Positions 1-13,657 of a stretch of 34,111 bases of DNA are shown in pieces; position 1 is the first letter of the stretch; every line of letters begins with the position of its first letter. Origin of the DNA: Squatina squatina (lineage: Eukaryota); NCBI GenBank assembly GCA_031763465.1, contig JARFOE010000005.1, forward strand, positions 431,060 through 465,170, written 5' to 3'. Under the pieces are notes generated by a model that saw only the letters and a program-made list of their open reading frames with translations, searched no databases and was not told the DNA's origin. Position numbers and translations under genes: made by a program.

Positions 1-1650
1 TTTGAATGACAGTCGTTTTCTGAGAGAGGACACACGGAAGTGGCAGCCCTGTTTCACAGCTGATGTACAGGAAATTGGCTCCGATGTCTCAGTCTCTGTT
101 TGAACCATCATTAATCAACTCACACTAACCTGTCCAACAGCTGGAGGCAGCCAAGTAGCTCTAAAATGTGCATTTTCATGCCGGTATAAATACAATAGGA
201 TATAAAAATCAGTTCTTTGGAAATAGTAGCGATTTCCCTCTCAGTTTTGACATGGTGCCGTTTCCTGCAGATTACATGGATGCTCCGGCTTGGCTGAAGC
301 ACAGGTGCTTTTGCAGGTACCTGTTCTCTGCTTCTGTGCTGCAGAATATCAGGCTCCATTAGTGACTGCAGGACTTGCAGAAGCGTGTTCTTCCAATCAT
401 TCGAATCTTACCCAACCTGGAGACTAAATTATTTCTTTCTGCTCCAATTATCCGCAATTACTCAACATTTCAGAAGCTGGATGTAGATAACCAGGGAGCC
501 TGACCTTCCTGCAGCAATGGAGAGCCATTTGTTCTTGCAGAATCAAACTAAGGTGACTGCCTTTGAGCGTAGCTTCCTGTTGGCCCAATTGTGGATACGC
601 TTTTTTTTTTGTACTGCATTTTAATAGCAAGCAGTGAGCAATGTTCTTTTAAAGACTCATGAACTTAGTCAAACCATCACACACTCTATGCACTTAGCCC
701 CAAGAACCAAAAGTTATTTTCTATTAATTAAAAAGTGAAGCAGGTATTTTGTGTAGGTATTCAAATGAAATCCATGGGAGACATTTAGGATTGGTGAAAT
801 AAATCCTTTCAATTCTCATACAACGACCTCATAAGGCAGTTCCCCATGGGAAAAACAATTATACACCTTTAAATCTTAAACACAGAGACCCCAAGTACAA
901 ATAACCTCTGATTTTTGTAAACACTCAAAACACAAAGCTGCAAACATGTTAGGTATTCTAATTTCACCAACTACCAGCTGGAGCATCTGAAAACTACCCT
1001 CTGGGGTCAAACACATCAGATATTCACATTCTCAGTCATTCAGTATGGAATCCAAAATGTCACATCTGGAAGCAGTACAGTTTAAAAAATATCGGCCCAA
1101 TTCCGGGATCCAGGTCCAGTAGTTGGTTTCTGATGAGTGAAGTTGCATCTTGCAATGAGTTTTCTTTCCAATGTTAAAATGTGATTTACAGAAATGAAAT
1201 TCCGTTACTGTAAGAAGGGTGCAAAAATTTATATTTAGTTAGCTGAAATGTCAAATCACCTAATTTCAACTGGACTATGTCAACCAAAATAAGGCATGTT
1301 GCAAATCTGAGTTCTGTGTGCATTGTGATATTTTGATGGTCTTTTTTATTGGGAATGTATTCTGTTTTTAAGAATGAGGCCACATACTGCAAAAATAAAT
1401 ATTCACCACTATATACGTAGGCTACTCTCTAGTCTAACATACATAAGGCTAACGGGTATAAAATATCACAAAGTGTGATCCAAAAATGCCCCCTTTTGAA
1501 AATTGCGCTAAAAGATCCTACTAACAAAGTACAAGAGATGTAAGTCCTTTCCTGTGGACATATGTAGATAGCAAATGCTTTCGGAGCTATTCGTTTTGAT
1601 TTATAATGCAGCCTAATGTATCACCAGAATTCTTGCAATGGAGTAAAAAA

Positions 1651-4600
1651 TACTTTGTCCCTTTTATAATCTCTCCCTGTGATTCTCTGTCCCTGAGATA
1701 CTCTGTCCCTGAGATACACTGTCCCTGAGATATTCTGTCCCTGAGATACTCTGTCCCTGTGATACTGTGTTGATGAGATATTCTTTCCCTGTGACAATCT
1801 GTCCCTATGATACTGTGTCCCAGTGATTGTGTCCCTGAGATACTCTGTCCCTGAGATACTCTGTCCCTGTGATGCTCTGTCCCTGTGATACTCTGTCAAT
1901 GAGATAATCTGCGGTCCCTATGATATCCTGTCCCTGTGATACTGTGTCCCTGAGATACCCTGTCCCTGAGATAGTCTCTCCCTGTGAGGCTCTCTTTCTG
2001 TGATATGCTGTCGCTGAGATAATCTGTCCCTATCATTCACTATCCCTGTGATACTGTGTCCCTGAGATACCCTGTCCCTGAGATACTTTGTCCCTGCGAT
2101 ACTCTCTCCCTGTGATGCTCTCTATCTGAAATACTCTGTCACTGTGATACTGTGTCCCTGTGATACTCTGTTCCTGTTATACTCTCTCCCTGAGATACAG
2201 TGTCCCTGAGATAACTTGAGCCTGAGATACTCTGTCCATCAGATAATATGTCTATGAGATACTGTGTCCCTGTGATACTGTGTCTCTGAGCTACTCTGTC
2301 CCTGAGATACTCTGTCTGTGAGATAATCTGTCACTGTGATACACTCTTTCTGTGATACTATGTCCCTTGATATTCTGTCCCTGAGATAATCTGTCCCTGT
2401 GATACTCTGTCCCTGTGACTCTCTGCCCCTGAGATACTCTGTCCCTGTGATATTCTTTCCCTGCGATAATCTATACCAGTGATACTGTGTCCCTGAGATG
2501 CTCTGTCCCTGAGATACTCTGTCCCTGTGATGCTCTGTTCCTGTGATACTCTCTCCCTGAGATACTGTGTCCCTGAGATACTCTGTCCCAAGGTAATATG
2601 TCACTGAGGGAATTTGTCCCTGTGATACTGTGTCCCTGAGGGAATTTGTCCCTGTGATACTGTGTCCCTGTGATACTCTGTTCCTGTGATACTCTGTCCC
2701 TGAGATCCTGTGTCCCTGTGATACTCTGTTCCTGTCATACTCTCTCCCTGAGATACTGTGTCCCTGAGATAATCTGTCCCTCTGATAATTTGTGCCTGAG
2801 ATACACTGTCCCTGAGATAATCTCTCCATTACATACTCTGTCCCTGAGATACTGTGTCCCTGAGATACTCTCTCCCTGTGATACTCTGTGCCTGAGATAC
2901 TCTGTCCCTGTGATACTCTCTCCCTGTGATGCTCTGTCCCTGAGATATTCTATCCCTGAGATACTCTGTCCCTGATATACTCTGACCCTGCGATACTCTG
3001 TCCCTGTGATACTCTCTACCTGTGATGCTCTGTCCCTGAGATACACTGTCCCTGAGATACTCTGTCCCTGAGATACTCTGTCCCTGTGATACTGTGTTGA
3101 TGAGATATTCTGTCCCTGTGACAATCTGTCCCTATGATACTGTGTCCCAGTGATTCTGTGTCCCTCAGATAATCTGTCTCTGTGATACTCTGTCCCTGTG
3201 ATACTCTGTCCCTGAAATAATCTATACCAGTGATACTGTGTCCCTGTGCTACACTGTCCCTGTGATACCCTGTCACTGAGATACACTGTCCCTGTGATAC
3301 TCTCTCCCTCTGACGCTCTCTCCCTGTGATACTCTGTCCCTGAGATAATCTGTCCCTATCATTCTCTCTCCTTGTGATGCTGTGTCCCTGAGCTACACTG
3401 TCCCTGAGATACTTTGTCCCTGTGGTACTCTCTCTCTGTGATGCTCTGTCCCTGAAATACTCTGTCCCTGTCATAATCTGTCCCTGGGATACTCTGTCCC
3501 TAAGATACTCTGTCCCAGAGATACACTCTCTCTGTGATACTCTCTCCCTGTGATGCTCTGACCCTGATATACTTTGGTCCTGAGATACTCTGTCCCTGAG
3601 ATACACTGTCGATGCTACACTGTCCATGAGATACTCTGTCTCTGTGATACTCTTTCCCTGTGATACCCTGTCCCTGAGATAGTCTGTCCCTATGATACTC
3701 TGTCCCTGAGAAACATTGTCCCTGATATACTCTGTCCCTGAGATACACTGTCGCTGTGATACTCACTACCTGTGAGTCTGTGTCCCTGAGATATTCTGTC
3801 CCTGAGATAATCTGTCTCTGTGATAATCTGTACCAGTGATACTCTGTCGCTGAGATGCTCTGTCCCTGTTATAAACTGACCCAGATATACACTGTCGCCG
3901 TGGTACTCTGTTGCTGTGATACTCTGTCCCTGAGATACTCTGTCCCAAGGTAATATGTCCAGGAGGGACTTTGTCCCTGTGATACTGTGTCCCTCTGATA
4001 CACTGTCCCTGAGATAATGTGTCCCTGAGATAATCTCTCCCTGAGATACTCTGTCCCTGAGATACTGTGTCCCTGAGATACTCTGTCTCTGTGGCACTCT
4101 CTCCCTGTGATGCACTGTCCCTGATATACTCTGTCCCTGAGATACTCTGTCCCTGTGATAATCTGTCCCTCAGAGACCTTGTTATTGAGATACTCTGTCC
4201 CTGTGAATCTCTCTCCCTGTGATACACTGTCCCTGAGATACTCTGTCTCTGTGATACTCTCTCCCTGTGATACCCTGTCCCTGAGATAGTCTGTCCCTAA
4301 AAAACTCTGTCCCTTGTGATACTTTTTCCCTGAGATACTCTGTCCATGAGATACTCTATCCCAGTGATACTCTGTCCCTGAGAAACTTTGTCCCTGATAC
4401 ACTCTGTCCCTGTGATACACTGTCCCTGTGATACTCACTCCCTGTGATTCTGTGTCCCTGAGATATTCTGTCCCTGAGATAATCTGTCTCTGTGATAATC
4501 TGTGCCAGTGATACTCTATCCCTGAGATGCTCTGTCCCAGTTATAAACTGACCCAGATATACACTGTCGCCGTGGTACTCTGTTGCTGTGATACTCTGTC

Positions 4601-7600
4601 CCTGAGATATTCTGTCCCAAGGTAATATGTCCCTGAGGGACTTTGTCCCTGTGATATTGTGTCCCTGAGATACTGTGTCCCTGTGATACTCTGTTCCTGT
4701 GATACTCTCTCCCTGAGATACTGTGTGCCTGAGATAATCTGTCCCTTTGATAATCTGTGCCTGAGATACACTGTCCCTGAGATAATGTGTCCCTGAGATA
4801 ATCTCTCCCTGAAATACTCTGTCCCTGAGATACTGTGTCCCTGTGACACTCTGTCCCTGAGATAATTGATCCCGAGATACTCTGTCCCTCAGATAATGTG
4901 TCCATGAGATACTTTGTCCCTGTGATACTGTGTCCCTGAGCTACTCTGTCCCTGAGATATTCTATCTGTGAGATAATATGTCCCTGTGATACACTCTTTC
5001 TGTGATACTATATCCCTGTGATACTCTGTCCCTGTGACTCTCTGCCCCTGAGATATTCTGACCCTGTGATACTGTGTCCCAGCGAATCTGTGTCCCTGAG
5101 ATACACTGTCGCTGTGATAATCTGTCCCTGCGATACTCTGTCCCTGAGATACTCTGCCCCTGTGATAATCTGTCCCTGTGATAATCTGTCCCAGTGATAC
5201 TGTGTCCCTGAGATGCTCTAACCCTGTGATGCTCTGTCCCTGTGATACTCTGTCCCTGTGATAATCTGTCCCTATGATAATCTGTCCCTGTTATACTTTG
5301 TCCTCAGATACCCTGTCCCTGTGATACTCTGTCCCTGTGATAATCTCTCCCTGTGATGCACTGTCCCTGAGATACTCTGTCCCTGAGATACACTTTCCCT
5401 GAGATAATCTGTCCCTCAGATACCCTGTCCCTGAGATATTCTCTCCCTGTGATACTCTGTCCCTGAGATACTCTGTCCCTGTGATACTCTCTCCCTGTGA
5501 GGCTCTCTTTCTGTGATACTCTGTCCCTGAGATAATCTGTCCCTATCATTCACTATCCCTGTGATACTGTGTCCCTGAGATACCCTGTCCCTGAGATAAT
5601 TTGTCCCTGTGATACTCCCTCCCTGTGATGCTCTGTCCCTGAAATAATCTGTCCCTGTAATACTCTGTCCCTGTGAATACTGTGTCCCTGAGATACTCTG
5701 TCCCTGTGATACTCTGTCCCGGCAATACTCTGTCCCTGGGATACTCTGTCCCTGAGATGCGCTGTCCCAGAGATACACTCTCCCTGTGATAATCTGTCCC
5801 TGTGATGCTCTGTCCATGTGATACTCTGTCCCTGAGATAATCTGTCCCTGTGATACTCTTTCCATGTGATGCACTGGACCTGAGATACGCTGTCTCTGTG
5901 ACACTCTCTCCCTGTGATGCACTGTCACTGAGAGACTCTGTCCCTGAGATTCTCTGTCCCTGAGATAATCTGTCCCTCAGATACCTTGTCCCTGTGATAC
6001 TCTCTCCCTGTGATACTCTGTCCCTGAGATACTCTGTCGCTGTGATACTCTCTCCCTGTGATACTCTATCCCTCAGATACTCTGTCCCTGAGATAATCTG
6101 TCCCTCAGAGACCTTGTCCCTGAGATCCTCTCTCCCTGTTATACTCTGTCCCTGAGATACTCTGTCTCTGTGACACTCTCTGCCTGTGATGCACTGTCCC
6201 TGAGATACTCTGTCACTGTGACACTCTCTCCCTGTGATGCACTGTCCCTGAGATACTCTCTCCCTGAGATAATCTGTCCCTCAGAGACCTTGTCCCTGTG
6301 ATACTCTCTCCCTGTGATTCTCTGTCCCTGAGATAGTCTGTCCCTATGATACTCTGTCCCTGTGATACTCTGTCCCTGATAAGCCTTTTCCCTGTGCTAC
6401 TCTCTCCCTGTGATTCTGTGTCCCTGAGATATTCTGTCCCTAAAATATTCTTTCTCTGTGATAATCTCTACCAGTGATACTCTGTCCCTTTGATAATCGG
6501 TGTTGCGATAATCTGTCTCTGTGATACCCTGTCCCTGTAATACGGTGTCCCTGAGATACTCTGTCCCTGTGATGCTCTGTCCATGTGATACTCTGTCCCT
6601 GAGATAATCTGTCCCTGTGATACTCTTTCCCTGTGATGCACTGGACCTGAGATATTCTGTCTCTGTGACACTCTTTCCCTGTGATACTCTGTCCCTGAGA
6701 TATTCTGTCCCTAAAATAATCTGTCTCTGTGATAATCTCTACCAGTGATACTCTGCCCCTGTGATAATCGGTGTTGCGATAATCTGTCTCTGTGATACCC
6801 TGTCCCTGTGATAGGGTGTCCCTGAGATACCCTGTCCCTGTTATAATCTGACCCAGAAATACATTGTCGCTGTTGTACTCTCTCGCTGTGATACTCTGTC
6901 CCTGAGATACTCTGTCCCTGTCATACTCTTTCCCTGTGATACTCTGTCCCTGAGATACTCTGTCCCTGTAATAATCTCTCCCTGTGATACTCTGTCCCTG
7001 AGATACTCTGTCCCTGTGATACTCTCTCCCTGTGATACTCTGTCCCTGAGATACTCTGTCCCTGTGATAATCTCTCCCTGTGATACTCTGTCCCTGAGAT
7101 AATCTGTCCCTCAGAGACCTTGTCACTGTGATACTCTCTCCCTGTGATACTCTGTCCCTGAGATAGTCTGTCCCTATGATACTCTGTCCCTGTGATACTC
7201 GGTCCCTGAGAAACTTTGTCCCTGTGCTACTCTCTCCCTGTGATTCTGTGTCCCTGAGATATTCTGTCCCTAAAATAAACTGTCTCTGTGATAATCTGCA
7301 CCTGTGATACTCTGTCCCTGAGATGCTCCTTCCCTGTGATAATCGGTGTTGAGATAATCTGTCTCTGTGAAACCTGTCCCTGTGATACGGTGTCCCTGAG
7401 ATACACTGTCCCTGTTATAATCAGACCCAGAAATACACTGTCGCTGTGGTTCTCTGTCGCTGTGATACTCTGTCCCTGAGATACTGTGTCCCTGTGATAT
7501 TCTGTTCCTGTGATCCACTGTCCCTGAGATACACTGTCCCTGATATACTCTGTCCCTGAGATAATCTCACCCTGATATACTCTGTCCATGAGAAACTCTG

Positions 7601-7945
7601 TCCCTGTGATGCTCTTTCCCTGTGAGACTCTGTCATTGAGATAATCTGTCCCGATGATATCCTGTCCCTGTGATACTGTGTCCCTGAGATACCCTGTCCC
7701 TGAGATACTCTGTCCCTGTGATACTCTTTCCCTGTGACACTCTCTCCCTGTGATGCACTGTCCCTGCGATAGTCTGTCTCTGTGACACTCTCTCCCTGTG
7801 ATGCACTGTCTCTGAGATACTCTGTCTCTGTGACACTCTCTCCCTGTGATGCACTGTCTCTGAGATACTCTGTCTCTGTGACACTCTCTCCCTGTGATGC
7901 ACTGTCTCTGAGATACTCTGTCTCTGTGACACTCTCTCCCTGTGA
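1651..7945. repeat. Degenerate 16-bp minisatellite, consensus CTG(A/T)GATACTCTGTCC, about 390 units, running into an assembly gap
   Basis: Unit is directly visible. The minus-strand translation has a 16-aa periodicity (GTEYLRDRVSQGQSIS = 3 units, 48 nt) in all three frames. True length unknown because it ends at the gap at 7946. Confidence 0.97.
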
Positions 7946-9385
7946 NNNNNNNNNNNNNNNNNNNNNNNNNNNNNNNNNNNNNNNNNNNNNNNNNNNNNNN
8001 NNNNNNNNNNNNNNNNNNNNNNNNNNNNNNNNNNNNNNNNNNNNNAACACCAATTAAATTCTGGAGTAATGTGAGGGCCAGAGAGGTTGTTTGGCAGCAA
8101 ATATGACTTATCATGCTGTTAAAAATTCACTTACTTTTGAATGCACCAACCTTAACGTTTTCTGCTCTGTTAGTGGGTAATTAGTGGGTAAGTATAGTAA
8201 CTTCATGCCCTTACATTGATTTCACTGCCGAGTCTATCAGTGAGGTACTTTTATAGCGCAGCCTGTGGAGGACCAGAGTAATTCAGATAGCAATTTCAGG
8301 ATTTTCACATTTAACAGCGTATGTACATATTCTGGAAGTTGCTGTCTGAATAACTGCATAATAACAGTAAGCGCTGTTAGGCTCACTGTTATTTCTGCCG
8401 CAAAATCCAACCCCTTCTTTCTAATTGAGAAAGCTTTTACATCATAACTTACACAATCATTTATCAGGGCTATAAAGTATCCATTGAAGGAACTGGAGCT
8501 CTGGTAGATTTAATTATGGAAATTGAATTACAACACTTGATTTTCAGACTTTGATTCTATTATCTCCTAATGGACAGTCTGTAAAACATAGGCACTTGGT
8601 ACTGACACATGGCAGTGCGGTGAAATGTGAACCCTCATGAGTCAGCTTCCAAATCCATAAGTTAGTTGCCTGAATTAAATTGCTCTTCTGTAATACCTGG
8701 AATCTGAGACCCAAAGTCTTTTGTTCTAATTGCTGGTGATGGAAGTTTGTAAGCAGTGACCTTCAAGTGAATTCTGGTGTTACAATGTACAGGCCAGACT
8801 GTAGAATTCCACTGACCAGCCAGTCAGCATCCGATATATCTGATTCTTCATTTTTGTTGTAATTCTTTCTAGTTTCTTGACCATATCAAAAGGTACAATT
8901 TATTTATCCTTGAATGTATTTTCTCTCAGTACAACATAAATGAATGAAAAGTCAAATCAGGTGAATTTTTAAAAATTCTATTCATCCAATGAAGAGTAAC
9001 TTGTAAACCCATTCTCCAGCACTGGGTACAAATAAATCACCACAGTTCCAAAGGAACACTGCAACATCCAAGTTCTTAAGAATGTATCAGCTCAGTACAC
9101 TAAGGTTCTTCAACAACATGAAGTCCTTACTACGAATGAATTCAACATTGTCCTTGATATTCAAAAAGGATGACTGAATATAAAAGGGATATTGAAGACA
9201 CCAGGGTCTGTACTATTCAAACACTGCCATCATGTGGTAACAGTAAGTGATTGAAACAAGTGCTGTTTGATAAAGAAGTAATTTTTCTGAGATATGGACA
9301 ACATATAGTTATTATTGACTGATGCCAACAGGCACAAAAGTTTCAGTGTGATTTACTTTATTCAGCGTCTTGAACTGACACTTAC

Positions 9386-9451
9386 CTTTCCTCTCGTATG
9401 TATGGAGTCAGGAACCGAGAAGAGTCATCTTCATGGCTGCTTTGTTGACTG
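9386..9451 (-). CDS. GRAMD1B: Coding exon of a GRAMD1B/Aster-B-like sterol transport protein (long N-terminal isoform), SQQSSHEDDSSRFLTPYIREE
   Basis: The minus strand reads ttcag|C AGT CAA CAA AGC AGC CAT GAA GAT GAC TCT TCT CGG TTC CTG ACT CCA TAC ATA CGA GAG GAA AG|gtaagt, 66 nt, phase 2-2, with a perfect donor. The peptide matches my recall of GRAMD1B SQQSSHDDDSSRFLSPRAREES. The 5' boundary is uncertain because a gap starts at 9459. Confidence 0.8.
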
Positions 9452-10483
9452 CTGAAGGNNNNNNNNNNNNNNNNNNNNNNNNNNNNNNNNNNNNNNNNNN
9501 NNNNNNNNNNNNNNNNNNNNNNNNNNNNNNNNNNNNNNNNNNNNNNNNNNNNNNNNNNATGTAATATTGCAAAGTTAATTGGTTTGTAATGGGTTAAGAT
9601 TTAATTCTCTGCTGCAAAAGATGTAATAATTTTCCTAGCGGAAGCTGACTCACAAGCAATTAAAAGGAAAAGCCACGAATGCCCAAAAATGCATGAAAGC
9701 TTGTACGCTGGCTACACGAGTCTGCCCTGCCTACTCCATTGTCATGGCAATGGACTTTGGAAGTACTGTAGAAACACGAGAAAAAATAATCTTTTTGGAG
9801 GAGTTCCTTGAAGAATTTGTTTGGATTGCCAATCCAGTAAGAACATGCTATTTTGGAAAATCATCTTTTTCCTCATCTGATTCAGAGCAACTGAGTCAGG
9901 TTAATCGACACCTAAAAAACCAAAATCCTGAGCTAACCGTGGATTGCAAGGGCAGTAGGCTACAGTCAGGGAATGCCTCCACCAACGACCCAGCCCTAAA
10001 GAAGATAGGATAAGTCATTCTATTTTACAGAAGACCTTTGATCCAGTACCAGGCCAGCTTTCCAACTGCAGTCCCACCTGGGCCACGAGAGGAAAAGTCA
10101 ACCAGTATTCCAGGGCCTGATTGTTGTCCAGCAATAAATGCTAGAAAGTGTGCCTTTGTGGGCACTGCCTATCTGGAATCCTAGCGAGAAAATTCCAACT
10201 TTCGCCCAAAATGGGGCAAAGTCGGCGAAGCACAAGTGCGACCCGAGGTCAGAGCCAAATTTGGCTTTCAGACCTCATTTAAATGCCGCCGGCAAGCAGC
10301 AGGCTCCAAGCTGGCATTCCACTACTGCTTGCCAGTTGGGGAGGACAGGAAATCGATTGCTCTCACCTGCAGCCGGCTGGTAGGTCCAGTCCGCAGGGAA
10401 AGACTCGAATGCCCCTGCAGTGGGCCAGAAATATTTTTGTACGCATTCTTGCGTACAAGCAGCTAGAAGTTGAATTTCTCCTC

Positions 10484-10575
10484 GTAGAATCATAGGACTT
10501 TCAGACAGTCAGTCAATTCTTTGGCCCATCATGCCTTTGCCGGTGCTGGCTCCACATCCTTGCCATTCCCTATAT
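10484..10575 (-). mobile_element. Degenerate CR1 LINE 3' end remnant
   Basis: tagaatcatagg...ttggcccatcatgcct resembles the reverse complement of shark CR1 3' termini (catagaatcat...ggccattcggcccatc). Confidence 0.45.
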
Positions 10576-11025
10576 AGGGAACAGCAAGGACGTGGAGCTA
10601 TGCCACCCTCATCATATGAGACATAGTTAAATATATAAATGAACAGGGTTACTTTCGTGAACAGGAGAAGAGCCACTGTCCATCAGCCAGGTTCAGTAAA
10701 GCCAAGATTCCTGAGGCATACCACCAGCTATATCTCACCAATTCAAGAAACATTCATTAATCCTACTCTCTGTTTTCCATCCCTCTATCCATGCTGACAT
10801 TATATCGTTAGTACAATGGACCTTAATCTCCACAAGTATCCTATATCAAACTAACCAACATCGCTTAAACAGATTGGCCCTGAAATTGCGATCTCCCCGG
10901 GTGGGGCTAATGTATGGAGAAACAATTATACCCCAATTGAACTCAGGATATACCTCAAGAATGATTAGCTGGTAATTTGGCCTCAAATGGTGCCTATTCA
11001 CACCATTCTAACAGAATAACACATT

Positions 11026-11103
11026 GGGGTGAAATTTAGCTGGGGGCGCTTCCGGGTCTGTATCGGGCGGGAGTCGGCATTTTTTGCACCATTCGCCGTT
11101 GCG
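11026..11103. mobile_element. Start of a GC-rich non-autonomous DNA element (MITE-like), truncated by a gap
   Basis: Abrupt GGGGTGAAATTT start and CpG-rich body, similar to the termini of the MITEs at 30768 and 32669; abuts a gap. Confidence 0.45.
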
Positions 11104-12508
11104 NNNNNNNNNNNNNNNNNNNNNNNNNNNNNNNNNNNNNNNNNNNNNNNNNNNNNNNNNNNNNNNNNNNNNNNNNNNNNNNNNNNNNNNNNNNNNNNNN
11201 NNNAGTTTGAAGAGACAGTACAATTCCTTGCTGACATACCAGTGTTGTGATTCAAATCTGCCAAAAAATGTCCTTTTGTGGGGAATGCAGGGGCGGGGGA
11301 AGAGGCCAGGGGAGGAATACTATAGCGGCTTTCAAAGCACTCGCTTAAAAATCTTCCTTAATGAGATTATTTTATTTTGAAGTAGGTGAGTAATATATAT
11401 AGGTGAGCCTTGTTTAAAAAGATGCTTGTGATTTTTTTTTAAACTATTTTTCAATTTACAGGTTTTCCTCAGGGCAAGAACATGCAAGAGATTTCCAGTT
11501 AGAATACTTTTTCTTGCCTGGAAAACCACACTTACAATCTGGTAGGGCGCAAGGTCTTTCTATCTGGATAACCCTCAAAACCAGTGTTATCTTACAGAAA
11601 TGTACAATAAAGCAAATATGAGATTAGAATAATTCACGGTATTGTGAAAGCAAAATCCATATATTCCATGTAAGGTGGATGGATGTGCATATCAATGAGA
11701 CACAATAAACTTTCAGTTTGGTGCTTAAGTATAAGTATATAAGCTACATTGAACACGAGTGCTTCACAGTATCCAAAAAAAGCATGTTGTTGCACCCCAA
11801 AACTCATGAAATGGCATTTGATCAGATATCCAATGAACTTAATGCACATTTAGAAACTGCATGCCAATTCTCAAGGGTTGCAGCAATGCTGAATTAAAAC
11901 AATTTCCATTCTTGCAATACTACATTCTTTCAAATGGACATCACACAACCTACAAACTCAGGGGCAAAACATAACCTTCCTGCAGAGGGATGGAAAAACT
12001 GAATGTTCAACATCATTTATGGGTAANNNNNNNNNNAAGGATCTGATCACTACAGCTGCATTTTCAAAAATTGCTGAAAAAGCAACGCAATGCACAGCCC
12101 ATTCATTTAAATCACTTTTCCTACATTGAGGGCTTAAACACCAACAGTTGTGTCACCAGCTGAGTATGAGACTCGAGCTTAAAAGCTGCATGTGCAAACA
12201 TGACCAACGTCACATTCAGACATCTCAACAAATTCTGCAACATTTCAGGAGAAAGCATTAAAGTTGCGACTGATTTAATTAAAAATGCAAAAATAAAAAT
12301 CATTCAGAGAATACAGAAGGATGGAACAATCTGCAAAGGACTCTGATGGGAACAGATTCAACTATTTGCTAGGGCACTAATACCAACCCCCCAAAAAAGA
12401 CCATTGGAGTAGATGCGAATGTGACACATCAAATAAGGCACAGGGCAGAGACAGATTAAAAAGCAAATTGAACGAGACAATTCTGTCAAATTTTGTCTGA
12501 TTACACTC

Positions 12509-12570
12509 CTGTGAAGCACCTTGGGATATTTTCCTAAATTAAAGGTTAATAATAAACACAAGTTGTTGTC
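12509..12570 (+). mobile_element. SINE 3' tail remnant (ctgtgaagcaccttgggat...caagttgttg)
   Basis: Resembles the recalled shark SINE tail ctgtgaagcgccttgggacgttttactacgttaaaggcgctatataaatgcaagttgttg. The same tail end occurs at 13621-13657. Confidence 0.55.
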
Positions 12571-13620
12571 ATTGACACATCTCAGTACATATCGGTCCTT
12601 TGAATCATCTGATTATACATGTTTGGCCTGCAGTCTCTAAAATGTGGTTAGCTGAAATGATGCTATAATAAATCTCTAATCATTCTCTTCAGTACGTAAA
12701 CCAATAACCTTTGTACAATGAAATAAGGCGGCGATAGTGCAGACAACTGAATGGACATAACTGCCACGTGTACTTTCATCAAAGCACAGTGCAAATGAGC
12801 CATAATTTGTTTTAGGGATATAAAATTAGCAATAGTAAGTGGCCCCTTTAGCTTGCTTAGAAATAGAATTAAGGTGAAGTTGTCCATCAAAATTTTGTTA
12901 GTTCCAACCTGCAATTTCCAAAAGACTTTGGCAAGCAAAGCCACAAGTCCAGCAGCTGAAATTTCTCCGTACCAAGCAAATTTTTTTTAATTTCCACAGG
13001 AATCACGTTGGAGAACAAGCCAGAAATCAGTGACTGTACTTAGGCAAACATCTGCGAAGATCAGAAGCATATGAGTAATTAGGTTTTTTCTTTACACAGA
13101 ATCTTCTATTACTAAAGGCTTTTCTGGCTAAAAGTTATTCCTTACATGGTGAGTTCCCAATCTCAGTTGAGCCAGCAAAAAGAGAGGTGGCAGTCAGGGT
13201 GAGAAATTGAAGGACAAGCTAATCTTACTCACTTCCTGACACCCAGGGATACAAATGGATTGGCATTTGGGAGAGGTGTGGACATGGTGAGAGAATATTT
13301 TAAAACAGGTGGACAATAAATGAAATAAAGAGCCAGTGCTTACTTAGAAAGTTAGCAGTAAGTGCAAATACAAATAGAGACTGTTGATTTATAGTCTATA
13401 TAACATTATTGCTCAACTTTGGTCAGTTTGAGCCAGTTATTCTGCTATTTATCTCACTAAGAATCATGTAATCCACCTGCTGCAAGGATACCAACATCCT
13501 ATAGCTTGCTGCCAGGAGGTNNNNNNNNNNNNNNNNNNNNNNNNNNNNNNNNNNNNNNNNNNNNNNNNNNNNNNNNNNNNNNNNNNNNNNNNNNNNNNNN
13601 NNNNNNNNNNNNNNNNNNNN

Positions 13621-13657
13621 TACTATGTTAAAAGCACTATATAAAAGCAAGTTGTTG
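13621..13657 (+). mobile_element. SINE 3' tail emerging from a gap
   Basis: tactatgttaaaagcactatataaaagcaagttgttg; same family as 12509-12570. Confidence 0.6.

Noticed and set aside
2-103. Open frame LNDSRFLREDTRKWQPCFTADVQEIGSDVSVSV* at the window start, a possible last exon
   Set aside because: No recognisable homology and the 5' context is outside the window.
1651-7945. CRISPR-like array or immunoglobulin RSS cluster
   Set aside because: Units are contiguous with no unique spacers, and the host is a vertebrate. The occasional CACTGTG heptamers are unit variants with no nonamer seen.
1621-8114. About 25 long ORFs with GTEYLRDRVSQGQSIS-type repeats
   Set aside because: They arise from the stop-free 16-bp unit, overlap in all frames, and lack credible starts or splice signals.
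9693-10013. 106-aa plus-strand ORF
   Set aside because: No recognisable domain or supported exon structure; this length is reachable by chance.
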